Shown piece by piece: positions 1 through 10,275 of a DNA stretch of 64,000 bases. The notes below the pieces were generated by a model. The model made no database searches and had not been told where the DNA came from. It saw only the letters and a program-made list of their open reading frames with translations. Made by a program: the position numbers and the translations under genes. Position 1 is the first letter of the stretch. Every line of letters begins with the position of its first letter. The stretch is from Candidatus Cloacimonadota bacterium (lineage in GTDB: Bacteria > Cloacimonadota > Cloacimonadia > JGIOTU-2), in NCBI GenBank assembly GCA_049903315.1, contig JBNGBT010000003.1, positions 64,001-128,000 on the forward strand, in the 5' to 3' direction.

Positions 1-2
1 CC

Positions 3-794
3 TTGCCTATAATCAGATTTCCAAATACAGCTGTCTGCCTTTTGTAGGTGTATTGAGCTCAATGCCCTGTTTCTTAAAAGTTGTAGTCCTCTTTTCGGAG
101 GACAATATTTATTTACAATATAATACCTTCCCCGAAGCATGCTCTCATAGTTTGCACTCATGCTTGTGCTTCGGTATCTGCCATAATATAGGGGCATATC
201 AATATATTTCACCTTGTACTTTCTGGCAATTCTGATAAACAGATCGCGATCTTCACAACCAATTTTAGATAGATTAACATCGAACATACCGACATCATCA
301 ATGCACTTTTTTCTCACCACTGCAGATGAAAGATTGATATGGGCTTTCCTTAACAAAAGGTTGTGATAAATATGCCCAGATAGGTATTTCCCGTTATTAT
401 TGTGTCTTCCACCCTCGATAATTTTACCATCTTCGGTAATTCGTATTTTCCCACTATGTACCAGCCCAACCGCATTTTCTTTCTCAAGAACCGGAACACT
501 TTCAGCCAGCAAATTTGGCTTCCATTTGTTGTCGGAATCTAAGAATGAAATATAATCTCCGGTTGATCGGACAATACCATTATTCCTTGCAACTGCCACA
601 CCCTGATTTTCTTGATATATATAGGATATTTTGCTTATAAATTTACCCAAAACCAGTTTGGTGTTATCTGTCGAGCCATCGTCTACGACAATTACTTCAA
701 AATCTCTGAATGTCTGATTAAGGACACTTTCGACAGCCTCGGTGATATATTCTGCACAATTATATGTAGGTATGATAATGCTTACTTTTAGCAT
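3..794 (-). CDS. Glycosyltransferase family 2 (3' end runs off the window; absent from the ORF track)
   Basis: Manual translation of the minus strand from ATG at 794 gives MLKVSIIIPTYNCAEYITEAVESVLNQTFRDFEVIVVDDGSTD...ARNNGI...YISFLDSD, a classic GT-A N-terminus. It stays open to the window edge, and its start overlaps the end of the upstream GT2. Confidence 0.9.
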   Translation of the reverse strand, partial: MLKVSIIIPTYNCAEYITEAVESVLNQTFRDFEVIVVDDGSTDNTKLVLGKFISKISYIYQENQGVAVARNNGIVRSTGDYISFLDSDNKWKPNLLAESVPVLEKENAVGLVHSGKIRITEDGKIIEGGRHNNNGKYLSGHIYHNLLLRKAHINLSSAVVRKKCIDDVGMFDVNLSKIGCEDRDLFIRIARKYKVKYIDMPLYYGRYRSTSMSANYESMLRGRYYIVNKYCPPKRGLQLLRNRALSSIHLQKADSCIWKSDYRQ

Positions 795-1710
795 ACAATA
801 TCCTTTTTAATGTTCGTTTTACGAATATGGGTAATAAACACAGAATGAGATATTTTAATTTGAATGATCGCTTATTGTATTTTCTCGCTTCAAGAAAACT
901 TTTATATGCTTTCCAATTTTTTCCATGTTCCAGATAGGCATAACCAAACTTCGTGTATAGTTGATTCATCCTTACATCGACATCTTTGCGATTTTCAGCA
1001 TAAAAATTTTTATTATTTTTAATGAATCTTGTGACAGTTTGGATGTCAATTTTCTTATTTAATTCAAAATTTTGCTTGCTCAAACTTTCTGTCCAAACCC
1101 GACGTTCGAACAATTTTTCTTTAACTACTCCTGCCCTAAAATATTTTGCTAACCTGAAAAAGAATTCAAAATCTTCTCCTACCTCGAGGTTTTCGTTAAA
1201 AACACCTGATTGCTTCAGGCATGATCTTTTGAGTATTATAGCAGACGTGATAAGAAAAAAATCCATAAAGAATTCTAATAGAATATTTCCTTCTATCAAT
1301 TTAACTTTTCTCACATAATCATTGATGATCTTTCCATCTTGATCCATGAAATAATTATCGCAGTAGACAAATCCGAACTCGGGATTGAGATTGAATAATG
1401 CCAGTTGTTTTTCAATTTTCTTTGGTAGCCAGCGATCGTCAGCATCTAAAAAGGCAATGTATTCATTATTACTGTTTCGGATGCCAGTATTTCGAGCTGC
1501 TGCGGGTCCTTTTTGCTTTTGATAGAAATAGTTGATCCTTCCGGGAAATGTGTTCACAAATTCCTCAACAATTTTTTTCGTGTCATCCGTTGATCCATCA
1601 TCAACAATAGTAATATACGTATGTTGATGTGTTTGGTGTAAGACACTTTCTATCGCTTCTGAGATATAAATACAATTATATGTGGGTATTATCACATCAA
1701 CATTTCTCAT
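760..1710 (-). CDS. Glycosyltransferase family 2
   Basis: VDVIIPTYN, VDDGSTD, AARNTGI, AFLDADD and GEDFEF motifs. Likely start is MRNVDV at 1710. Confidence 0.92.
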   Translation of the reverse strand: MRNVDVIIPTYNCIYISEAIESVLHQTHQHTYITIVDDGSTDDTKKIVEEFVNTFPGRINYFYQKQKGPAAARNTGIRNSNNEYIAFLDADDRWLPKKIEKQLALFNLNPEFGFVYCDNYFMDQDGKIINDYVRKVKLIEGNILLEFFMDFFLITSAIILKRSCLKQSGVFNENLEVGEDFEFFFRLAKYFRAGVVKEKLFERRVWTESLSKQNFELNKKIDIQTVTRFIKNNKNFYAENRKDVDVRMNQLYTKFGYAYLEHGKNWKAYKSFLEARKYNKRSFKLKYLILCLLPIFVKRTLKRILYAKSKHYHTYI

Positions 1711-1835
1711 ATTGGTAAATGTGCAAATAAACATTAATATGTCAATATTATAAATACTAAAATAAAAAAATTACTTTACAAACGAACAGCCCTTCCAAGA
1801 ATATATAAATTAATAAATTATAAAGGTGACGCATT

Positions 1836-2267
1836 ATGCCAGCAACATTTACATTACCAGATGGTGACACTATTCTGATTCCGCAGATTAAAAGAATCTC
1901 AAAGATTTACGCATATAAAATGGACATGAATAGAGGGGTAGTTAAGAGAATTGAGGATCATAAACAGCCCAAAAATGTATCAGAACTCGTAAGTATAGAA
2001 CGTTACATCGATGTAATAGATAAAAGTGATATCGCATCCGACTTTTCATATATAGGTTTTGATATAGTCCTTTTTGATAATGACGTGAAACGCGTATTTA
2101 ATGATTTTTACATTGAGCTAAAAAGAATGCAAGATCAGGAGGATTTTAGCTACGAACATGCTCGAGCTAAATTACGTGACATCATACGAACTATTGTAAC
2201 GGTAAAAGAAGATCTTATTACTGCGATAGAAGATTTTTATCAAACCCACGGAGTTCAGCGAACATAG
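1836..2267 (+). CDS. Hypothetical protein
   Basis: 143-aa ORF with AAGGTG upstream, first of a closely spaced plus-strand run. No recognisable motif. Confidence 0.65.
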   Translation: MPATFTLPDGDTILIPQIKRISKIYAYKMDMNRGVVKRIEDHKQPKNVSELVSIERYIDVIDKSDIASDFSYIGFDIVLFDNDVKRVFNDFYIELKRMQDQEDFSYEHARAKLRDIIRTIVTVKEDLITAIEDFYQTHGVQRT

Positions 2268-2279
2268 ATAAGTTATAAT

Positions 2280-4145
2280 ATGCGAACTAGAATTTCATAT
2301 ATAGTTTTCTCAATAGTAGTCATTCTATCTGTGAGTGTTGTTGTATTGCATGCGCAGGATATTAAAGTATTTTGGCAAAAACAATATGAAGATTTCGGTT
2401 CTATGGACATCAACAGCATGATCCCCACGTCAGATAACGGATTCTTCCTGACCGGATCAATTTTTGAATCCAAAGATAATATCGATTGTTGGGCAATGAA
2501 ATTCAATCATTTAGGAAGTATTGAGTGGTATAGAGAGTTTGGAAGCGCTGGACTGAATGAAATTCCACATTCATGCATCCAACTGAAAGACAAAAGTTAT
2601 ATACTTTGTGGTGAGCAAAAAGATCGTATAGTCAATACAACAAGCGCGTGGGTGATGAAACTGGATTTCCGTGGAAGTGTAATTTGGGAAAAAACTTATA
2701 AACGGGGTAGAAATGACGCATTATATGCAATCTGTAGAGCACCGGATAATGGTTTTGTAGTAGCCGGCAGACAGAATATTGATGATATTCAGAAAAGCGA
2801 TGCATTTATATTACAATGTAATAGTGCCGGTGAAACAATCTGGGAAACTGTCTATGGGGGTATTAACAATGATGCTGTTTACTCGATTACCGCGACTCCC
2901 GACGGATATGCCATATGCGGAGCAAGGATTGTCGACGCATCGAGGAAAGCTGATTTTTGGATAATTAAGTTAGGGACAAAGGGAGAGCTTGAGTGGGACA
3001 GGTCTTTTGGTGGAAAGGGAGATGATGTTGCTCTGGGGCTATTTCATATGAACGATGGGGGATATACTTTCTGGGGAAATATGCTAAATCAAACGACTAA
3101 TCAGTCAGACACGTGGATCGTGAGAATTAGTAAAGAGGGGTATATCGAGTGGGAAAAAACCATTGGTGGTTTTGGCGCAGAAATTGCATCATCAGTATTT
3201 CACACACAAGATGATGGTTTTATCATTTGCGGAGAATCTGTTTTTTCTCATGAATTCAATAGCAATTTTTGGGTTCTAAAGTTAAATAGCGAGGGAGATA
3301 TCGAGTTTGATAACGAGTTTGTCGGACCTGGGAAAAAGTTGCTCAGTATGGTCACACAGGTAAGGGACGGGTCATATGTTATTTCCGGTTTTAGTAAACA
3401 GGGCACTTCATTAGAGATGAATTTATTTTTGCTCAAATTCAATCGAATACTCAATGCTGAGGATTCACTATATGCTGAGATTTCAGAATATGTAACCTCT
3501 GATTATGTCGGAGGTATGTTCTTACCAATACGCAGAAATCGAATGAAGCACTTCGAACCGATTGTATATCTTACTGATAAAAGCAGGATAATTGAAGAAG
3601 ATTTAAAAATTACGCCAACAAATTTTATGTATAAAAACAAATATTTTGAACAGACATATCAGTTTCAGGTACAAACAGAAACCAAGACCCTAAGAGAATT
3701 TAATAAAGAAGGCGTACACAAAGAGGTTCCGGTAATAAAGTATTATGGCAGGTACGGTGCCCTATTTGCACGAATGACCGCAAGATACTCCGATAAATAT
3801 CACCGAAGATTTTCAACGAGATTACGACCCAGGTGGCAGCCAAGATTTGAAGAAAGATATACTCCGTATAAAGAAACTTATGAGATTGATTCCAAAGAAG
3901 ATAAAACTGGACCCACAAACATACCGGGTAGATTCACCTGGCAAACTAAAAATCTTCATACTAAATCACCATTCCATCAGGGGGGCACTTTTTTTAAATT
4001 CGAACGAGCTAAAAGCCCAGCAAAAATCCAGGTGAGACTTACGGGATACAAAGTCTCATCTACTGTGCTGGTTCCAATGATCTTCCTTTGGCTTCTCATT
4101 CTAGCTGCTATCTTCATGAAAATATTATTCTCAATGAAAAAATAA
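2280..4145 (+). CDS. Secreted/membrane-anchored protein with repeated beta-propeller-like blades and a C-terminal TM helix
   Basis: N-terminal hydrophobic signal. About 7 repeats of the form (T/P)xDxG(F/Y)xxxG...xWxxKLxxxGxxEWxxx(F/Y)GG. C-terminal hydrophobic helix followed by KK. Confidence 0.75.
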   Translation: MRTRISYIVFSIVVILSVSVVVLHAQDIKVFWQKQYEDFGSMDINSMIPTSDNGFFLTGSIFESKDNIDCWAMKFNHLGSIEWYREFGSAGLNEIPHSCIQLKDKSYILCGEQKDRIVNTTSAWVMKLDFRGSVIWEKTYKRGRNDALYAICRAPDNGFVVAGRQNIDDIQKSDAFILQCNSAGETIWETVYGGINNDAVYSITATPDGYAICGARIVDASRKADFWIIKLGTKGELEWDRSFGGKGDDVALGLFHMNDGGYTFWGNMLNQTTNQSDTWIVRISKEGYIEWEKTIGGFGAEIASSVFHTQDDGFIICGESVFSHEFNSNFWVLKLNSEGDIEFDNEFVGPGKKLLSMVTQVRDGSYVISGFSKQGTSLEMNLFLLKFNRILNAEDSLYAEISEYVTSDYVGGMFLPIRRNRMKHFEPIVYLTDKSRIIEEDLKITPTNFMYKNKYFEQTYQFQVQTETKTLREFNKEGVHKEVPVIKYYGRYGALFARMTARYSDKYHRRFSTRLRPRWQPRFEERYTPYKETYEIDSKEDKTGPTNIPGRFTWQTKNLHTKSPFHQGGTFFKFERAKSPAKIQVRLTGYKVSSTVLVPMIFLWLLILAAIFMKILFSMKK

Positions 4146-4155
4146 ATAGCCTGTA

Positions 4156-5907
4156 ATGAAATTTTTTATTTCAATTTTTTGGTTATGGTTACAAATATTT
4201 CAATTCCAAGCTATCGCACAGAAAGTGTTTCAAACAAATGAACCCATCATCGATCAAACAACTTTCCGATCTCTTGCATTCCGTTGGATCGTTGAAGGAA
4301 ATCTAGAAATTACATCAACGGTGCTGGTTCAATATAGAAAAAAAGATACAACAGATTGGAAATTCGCACTGCCCTTGAGCCGAATTGATGGCGATCTGGT
4401 TAACAGAGAACATGGCTCTTTCAAAACGGGCAACTTGTTTTCCGGAAGCATTTTAAAGCTTGAACCAGCAACACAATATGAAGTTCAATTGAAACTCACC
4501 AATCCTGACGGATCGTATAAGGAAAAGAGAGTTGAGGTCAGTACTCGTGCCCCTGAAGAAAATTTTACTCCACAGAAAGTGCTCCATCTTTATCCGGAAA
4601 ATTATCCAGGGGAAATACAGAAACCGGCTTATACAGATCTTAATGAAATGCTCCATCAGTTAATTGGCGGCACGCTCATTGTTATTCATCCCGGAACCTA
4701 CTATGGATCCTATGAGTTTCTTCTGAGTGGATCAAGAAATAAACCTGTTGTTCTGCGCGGTTCTCCGGAAGGGGAAGCGATCTTCGATGGAAAAGGAACT
4801 GATGGTAAGATCTTTGATGTCACAGGAAAGAGTTATATCCATTTTGAAAATATCACAATCAGAAATGGTTTTACTGGCATCAAAGGAAATGATGCTGATG
4901 GTATTGTCGTGAAAAATTGCACGATCTTCGATGTTCATTACGGGATCACTTCCTTTACAAAAACAAGAAACTGGGTAATAGCAAATAATCACATCATGGG
5001 GCGTGTCGATGATTGGTCAGATAGAGACAGGGTAAAGAAGAAATATGGGACCTGCACCGGTGTGATAGTCGATGGCATCGGGCATGTGGTTTGCTATAAT
5101 ACAGTACATAATTTCTGGGATTGCGTGACGATCAGCAACCTCGAAGAGCCCGAACCCTGGTACGAACCCCACAATATGTGTATAGATTTTTACAACAACA
5201 ATCTCTATAATGCTGCTGACGACTGCATCGAGACAGATTTCAGCTACTACAATGTCCGGGTTTGGAATAACAAGATTACCAATTCCCATGTGGGAATAAG
5301 CACGCAGCCGGTGTACGGTGGTCCTGTATATATTTTTAGAAATGCGATTTATAATGTGAAAATTCCCCTTAAACTTCATAACTGGCCATCGGGCTTACTC
5401 ATTTTTAATAACACTTTTGTGGGTTCCGAACGTGCATTCTGGTCTGATCCTATCTGGCAAAACGCTAAAATTATGAATAATCTTTTCCTCGGAGCAAGCT
5501 CTTATTCAGTTGCAACAGGCTCTCCAGATGAAAGATCCATTTTAGACTACAACGGATACTACAGAATTCCCGCGCAGGAAAAGGTATTCAAATGGAGTAA
5601 TGATGCCGGTAATACATGGTTCCGCATGTCCGATCTCAGCGAATTCTACAATAAAACCGGACAAGAAGCTCATGGACGCATGGTTGATTATAGTATTTTT
5701 AATAATATTCAGATGCCAGTCGAGGGCACGACGTATGATCCCTCACAAATAGATTTGACTCTCTCGGGAGTTGGTGACGCAATTGATACTGGTACTTATA
5801 TACCCAATATTGCTGATGAATATATCGGATCTGCTCCAGATCTTGGTTGTCATGAATATTGCACTCCCCCTCCTCATTATGGACAGTTTGAAAATTTTGT
5901 GTATTAA
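4156..5907 (+). CDS. Secreted right-handed parallel beta-helix (pectin-lyase-like fold) protein with an N-terminal FN3-like domain
   Basis: Signal-like N-terminus, LEPATQYEVQL (FN3-like), IHPGTY, repeated xIxNNxI strands and a C-terminal APDLGCHE motif. Confidence 0.75.
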   Translation: MKFFISIFWLWLQIFQFQAIAQKVFQTNEPIIDQTTFRSLAFRWIVEGNLEITSTVLVQYRKKDTTDWKFALPLSRIDGDLVNREHGSFKTGNLFSGSILKLEPATQYEVQLKLTNPDGSYKEKRVEVSTRAPEENFTPQKVLHLYPENYPGEIQKPAYTDLNEMLHQLIGGTLIVIHPGTYYGSYEFLLSGSRNKPVVLRGSPEGEAIFDGKGTDGKIFDVTGKSYIHFENITIRNGFTGIKGNDADGIVVKNCTIFDVHYGITSFTKTRNWVIANNHIMGRVDDWSDRDRVKKKYGTCTGVIVDGIGHVVCYNTVHNFWDCVTISNLEEPEPWYEPHNMCIDFYNNNLYNAADDCIETDFSYYNVRVWNNKITNSHVGISTQPVYGGPVYIFRNAIYNVKIPLKLHNWPSGLLIFNNTFVGSERAFWSDPIWQNAKIMNNLFLGASSYSVATGSPDERSILDYNGYYRIPAQEKVFKWSNDAGNTWFRMSDLSEFYNKTGQEAHGRMVDYSIFNNIQMPVEGTTYDPSQIDLTLSGVGDAIDTGTYIPNIADEYIGSAPDLGCHEYCTPPPHYGQFENFVY

Positions 5908-5927
5908 CTATTTGAGCTGAGAAAACC

Positions 5928-6401
5928 ATGAAAATAAGATTTATTATAATTAGTTTTGTTTTCTTTATTATTTGCTGTCCTTTATATGCCGAATTGTTGG
6001 ACTCCACTTTCACGAGCGTAGGTTTCTTCCCAGTAGATTTGGGACGCTATGAATCACTGATTGATGTGCAAGTTATTCGATCACAAGCTGAATATGACTC
6101 CATCACAGCTGAGCTGAAGGAAAAACATTCATGGCTTGAAGAGGACCCCCCACAAATTGATTTTGAATATTTTATTTTGGCCGGAGATGAAAGTTGGGCA
6201 GACTGTGTTGCCTCTTTTTCTTATGAAGTTCAAAGAGATACAACTGCACAAAGCGTCATTATTACTATTATTGAGCATTATGGTGGTGGTCGAGGTATGA
6301 ACGTATATGATCATTGGTTCCTGATAAAAAAGATGCCCGAAGAATATTCGATAGAGTTCCGCCACGAAGAAGGAGAACCAAAATATCATTATGAAGATTA
6401 A
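5928..6401 (+). CDS. Hypothetical exported protein
   Basis: 157-aa ORF with a signal peptide. Its end overlaps the next gene's start. Confidence 0.65.
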   Translation: MKIRFIIISFVFFIICCPLYAELLDSTFTSVGFFPVDLGRYESLIDVQVIRSQAEYDSITAELKEKHSWLEEDPPQIDFEYFILAGDESWADCVASFSYEVQRDTTAQSVIITIIEHYGGGRGMNVYDHWFLIKKMPEEYSIEFRHEEGEPKYHYED

Positions 6402-6573
6402 AATATGCCCGATTTGCGGGAAGGAATTTCCCTGCTACGCAGATGATGATAGAACATGCTGGTGCGAATCATTTCCTCTCATAGATATAGATGATGACCT
6501 GGATTGCCTTTGCCCGGATTGCCTTGCAAAAAGAGCACTCGAACAGGATAGCCGGAAATCAAAAGGAGCTTGA
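6391..6573 (+). CDS. Cysteine-rich CWC family small protein
   Basis: CPICGKEFPC...CWCESFP...CLCPDCL pattern. Abuts the flavodoxin gene (TGA-ATG). Confidence 0.8.
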   Translation: MKIKICPICGKEFPCYADDDRTCWCESFPLIDIDDDLDCLCPDCLAKRALEQDSRKSKGA

Positions 6574-7062
6574 ATGAAAATTTTAGTAACTTACTACTCT
6601 CTTGAAGGAAATACACAATATCTTGCAGAAGGGATTGCGGAATGTCTCGAAGCTGACATTGTACGCTTGATGCCAGTAAAAGATATCAAGAATAATAAAA
6701 CAAAATATTTGTTTGGCGGTCGGCAAGCGGTCATGAAAAAGAAACCCAAATTGTTGCCATTTGATAAAAATCCAGAAGAATATGATCTAATCATTATCGG
6801 TACACCGGTCTGGGCTTCGACGATGACACCTGCTGTTCGCTCGTTTCTAAGTGGTAATGCTTTTAGGGATAAGAAGTTCGGCTTGTTCTGTTGCCATCGA
6901 GGTGGTCCTGGCAAAACACTCAGCTTCATGAAGGAGCTGCTTGAAGGAAATGATATACTTGGCTCAATTGAGTTTCGGGAACCGATAAAAGATGTGCTCA
7001 ATAAAAAAGAACAAGCATGTGAGTGGGCACAAGGTCTTATCGAAACAGCTCAATCTTTGTGA
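6574..7062 (+). CDS. Flavodoxin-like protein
   Basis: YYSLEGNT FMN-binding loop, IIIGTPVW and FGLFCC. Confidence 0.88.
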   Translation: MKILVTYYSLEGNTQYLAEGIAECLEADIVRLMPVKDIKNNKTKYLFGGRQAVMKKKPKLLPFDKNPEEYDLIIIGTPVWASTMTPAVRSFLSGNAFRDKKFGLFCCHRGGPGKTLSFMKELLEGNDILGSIEFREPIKDVLNKKEQACEWAQGLIETAQSL

Positions 7063-7788
7063 ATGAAAGATATATGCTTTGATAAGAATTATGGCAAATG
7101 GTTTATGGGGGATGTATTAAGAGCGATCAGAAAATTCAAGCTTATTTCAAAAAATGATCAAATCTCAGTTGCACTATCGGGTGGTAAAGACAGCACAACT
7201 TTGCTGTATATCTTGTCCTATCTCAAAAAGTTTTCCGATCTGTCATTCTCGCTTTCTGCAGCACATATCAGGATTGCGGATTACGACACATCCTCACTAC
7301 AAACATTCTGCGAGGAATTACATGTCGAGTATTTTGAAGATACGCTCAATTCAAATAATGAGCAGACTGTCGAAAATTGTTATATTTGCTCACGCCTGAA
7401 AAGAGGGGCATTGTCCTCATTGCTTTCAAAGCATAATATCTACAAAGTAGCTTATGGGCACCATGCCACGGATGTTGCCGAGACTTTTCTTATGAATATC
7501 ATCAACAATAAGAAACTTGGAGCTCTGACACCAAAAGTGGAAATTACTGAAAGTACTATGACAATAATTCGTCCCATGATCTATCTCGATGAGGGAACGA
7601 TAAAAAAACTCCATTCGTATTTTAACTTGCCAAGCTTTGATCATCCATGCCCATATAAAGCTAAGACTGTAAGGGACACATATAAAAAGATAATTCATGA
7701 GATCGATCAAATGCAGCCAGATGTGGAATTTTCAAAGAAAGTAATAGAAACTCTCGAACGCAGCGAGCTTAAAGACTGGACAAGATGA
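7063..7788 (+). CDS. TtcA-like PP-loop ATPase (tRNA thiolation family)
   Basis: ALSGGKDS PP-loop, CYICSRLKRG, GHHATDVAETF, IIRPM and CPY. Confidence 0.82.
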   Translation: MKDICFDKNYGKWFMGDVLRAIRKFKLISKNDQISVALSGGKDSTTLLYILSYLKKFSDLSFSLSAAHIRIADYDTSSLQTFCEELHVEYFEDTLNSNNEQTVENCYICSRLKRGALSSLLSKHNIYKVAYGHHATDVAETFLMNIINNKKLGALTPKVEITESTMTIIRPMIYLDEGTIKKLHSYFNLPSFDHPCPYKAKTVRDTYKKIIHEIDQMQPDVEFSKKVIETLERSELKDWTR

Positions 7789-7878
7789 TATTCAATTTAG
7801 AAGATGCCAATGTCATAATAATCAATCACCAACTAGTAAATCTGTTAGTATTGCTGAAGGAATAATACCGGAGAGACA

Positions 7879-9702
7879 ATGAAAAGATTTATAATTTTCA
7901 CCTTCTTTTTTTCCATGATATGTACTGCCCTATTTTCTCGATCATTAATTGACAGCCTGGAAACAGAGCTATTAACAGCTGACGGAAAAGCAAGGATAAA
8001 AATATTGTTTAAATTGGCTGAGCAATATCGAAATACTGATCCGCAGAAATCAATAGAATTCGCTGAAGAAGTTTTGCCGGAGATCGATCAAATTGAAAAC
8101 TCCGTTAATAGAGCCATATTTCTCAATAATTTAGGTTGGGCATATTACAATATCAAAGAGTTCCAGAATGCTTTAGATGTAACCAAAAGAGCATTAGTGT
8201 TAAGTGAACAGATTGATCATCAGGGGCTTATATCATTTTCTCTTAACAGTCTTGGCACCATTTATTGGGGGCAAAATAATTATAAAAAGGCTTTAGAAAA
8301 TCACCTTAAAGCTTTAAAAATTAGTGAAACATTGAATGACAGTGTGAATATTGCAAAAACAATGAATAACATTGGTCTAATTTTATTTGCGGAAGATAAT
8401 TACGATAAGTGTCTCGAATATTATCTGAAAGCCTTAGAGATACAGAATGAACTGGGTAATAAATTGGATATTGCAATCACAAACCAGAATATTGCTCATG
8501 TTTATGGTATGCTCGATGATTATGAGAAAACAATACAGTACCATATTTCTTCTTTAAAATTAGCAGAAGAGATAGGGTATGAAAGACTTGTCGGAGTAAT
8601 ACTAACTAATATGGCTATTTCCTATGCATACATGGATAAAATTGAGTTGGCACTAGAATATTTTGATAGAGCGCTGACTATAACGAGGAGGCTTGATGAT
8701 AAAGGTAATATAGCCAGGGCTTTGCATTATATTGCTGCAATAAACAAAGATAAGGGAAAGTATGATGAAGCTATTTCAATAGAGAGAGAAGCACTTGAAA
8801 TGGCTCAAGAAATTAATGATCAATTACAGATTAAATATATTTTAGAGGAATTGTCTTATATGTATGCTGACCTGAATGATTTTGAAAAAGCATATAATAA
8901 TCATGTAAGATTTAAAGAAATAAATGATTCCATATTCAATATTGAGAAATTCGAACAGATCACCGAAATGGAAACCAAATACGAAACAGAAAAGAAAGAA
9001 CAGCAGATCACTCTTCTCGAAAAAGACAATACCATTGCAGGAATGAAGATAAAGCGGCAAAGATTACTTTTGCTTTATTCTGCTATTGGAGTTGTATTGA
9101 TTCTGGCATTTGTATTAATTCTCTCTAATCTGTACAGGCAGAAGACAAAAACTGCCGCAGCTCTTGCTGTCGCAAATGGGAAGCTCGAAGAATTATCCCG
9201 AACCGACCCACTTACAAAGTTATGGAACCGCAGATATATGTACGAGATAATAGAGCGTGAAAGAGTGAGAATAAAAAGGTCCTTCGAAGCATTTTCCTTC
9301 ATTCTTATGGATATCGACCATTTCAAAATTGTAAATGACACCTACGGGCATGAGTGCGGAGATTATGTGCTCTCGACAATGGCAGTTATTCTGCGCTCAG
9401 CAGTGCGAAAACAGGATGTCGTTGGACGATGGGGCGGAGAGGAATTTCTTTTGTTTTTGCCGTCAACTGCACTCAAAGGCGCGATAACAATTGCTGAATC
9501 CATACGAAAAAAGATCGCAGATTATCCGTTTAGTTATGACTCAAAAGAGATTGCTATAACCTCCACGCTTGGAGTGAGTGAGTATGACGAGACAGTTTCA
9601 GTAGAAGAATGTATCAAGCTTGCTGATGATGGATTGTACACAGGAAAAGAGAGCGGAAGAAACAGGGTCGTGTCTGTTCAGGTAGAGGATAAGGGAGTAT
9701 AG
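7879..9702 (+). CDS. TPR-repeat sensor diguanylate cyclase
   Basis: Signal peptide, multiple TPR repeats and a TM helix, followed by TDPLTKLWNRR, DIDHFKIVNDTYGH and RWGGEEF. Confidence 0.92.
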   Translation: MKRFIIFTFFFSMICTALFSRSLIDSLETELLTADGKARIKILFKLAEQYRNTDPQKSIEFAEEVLPEIDQIENSVNRAIFLNNLGWAYYNIKEFQNALDVTKRALVLSEQIDHQGLISFSLNSLGTIYWGQNNYKKALENHLKALKISETLNDSVNIAKTMNNIGLILFAEDNYDKCLEYYLKALEIQNELGNKLDIAITNQNIAHVYGMLDDYEKTIQYHISSLKLAEEIGYERLVGVILTNMAISYAYMDKIELALEYFDRALTITRRLDDKGNIARALHYIAAINKDKGKYDEAISIEREALEMAQEINDQLQIKYILEELSYMYADLNDFEKAYNNHVRFKEINDSIFNIEKFEQITEMETKYETEKKEQQITLLEKDNTIAGMKIKRQRLLLLYSAIGVVLILAFVLILSNLYRQKTKTAAALAVANGKLEELSRTDPLTKLWNRRYMYEIIERERVRIKRSFEAFSFILMDIDHFKIVNDTYGHECGDYVLSTMAVILRSAVRKQDVVGRWGGEEFLLFLPSTALKGAITIAESIRKKIADYPFSYDSKEIAITSTLGVSEYDETVSVEECIKLADDGLYTGKESGRNRVVSVQVEDKGV

Positions 9703-9820
9703 TGTAATTTTTTAATATAAAATTGAGGTGCAGCAAAATTGACATTTTATGCTAGTTTGTAATTTATAGCTTATCATATTAAAAAGAGAAAAATGAAAAT
9801 TCATTTTATCGAGGTCAAAA

Positions 9821-10228
9821 ATGAAAAAGATCAAGTTTTTAACTATAATCCTGATCGTATGTGCTTTTTGGTCATGCAATCTATTTAAAGCGCACCATAA
9901 TGATAATATTACAGAGAACACTCCCATAATAACAAATGTTGAAGATGCTTACACATATACGGTTAATGCAGAAGCATTTTCCGACAGCACACGTGAAGCT
10001 CTTGTTTTCGGCAGTAATGAAGCCGTCCTTACGTATACAGTTCTAGATTATTCTGAGGGCTTTATTACTCTCGAAATTGATAATTCGGATACTTTGACTA
10101 TTTATAACGACACGATCGATGGCAATATTATCATCGTAGAAGATATCAACGAAAAGCCCTGTTTCATAGAGCTTGTGTTTGAAAACTTCAGTGGCATGTT
10201 TGAGCTTGCACTTGCGAGGGAAGATTAG
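9821..10228 (+). CDS. Hypothetical lipoprotein
   Basis: GAGG RBS and a signal peptide with a lipobox-like FWSC. Confidence 0.65.
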   Translation: MKKIKFLTIILIVCAFWSCNLFKAHHNDNITENTPIITNVEDAYTYTVNAEAFSDSTREALVFGSNEAVLTYTVLDYSEGFITLEIDNSDTLTIYNDTIDGNIIIVEDINEKPCFIELVFENFSGMFELALARED

Positions 10229-10275
10229 AGAAGTACTATTTGTTTTTACAAAACTAAATTAGGATATAAAACTCA

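Noticed and set aside
53..235. 60-aa plus-strand ORF
   Set aside because: It is antisense to the truncated GT2 gene at 3-794.
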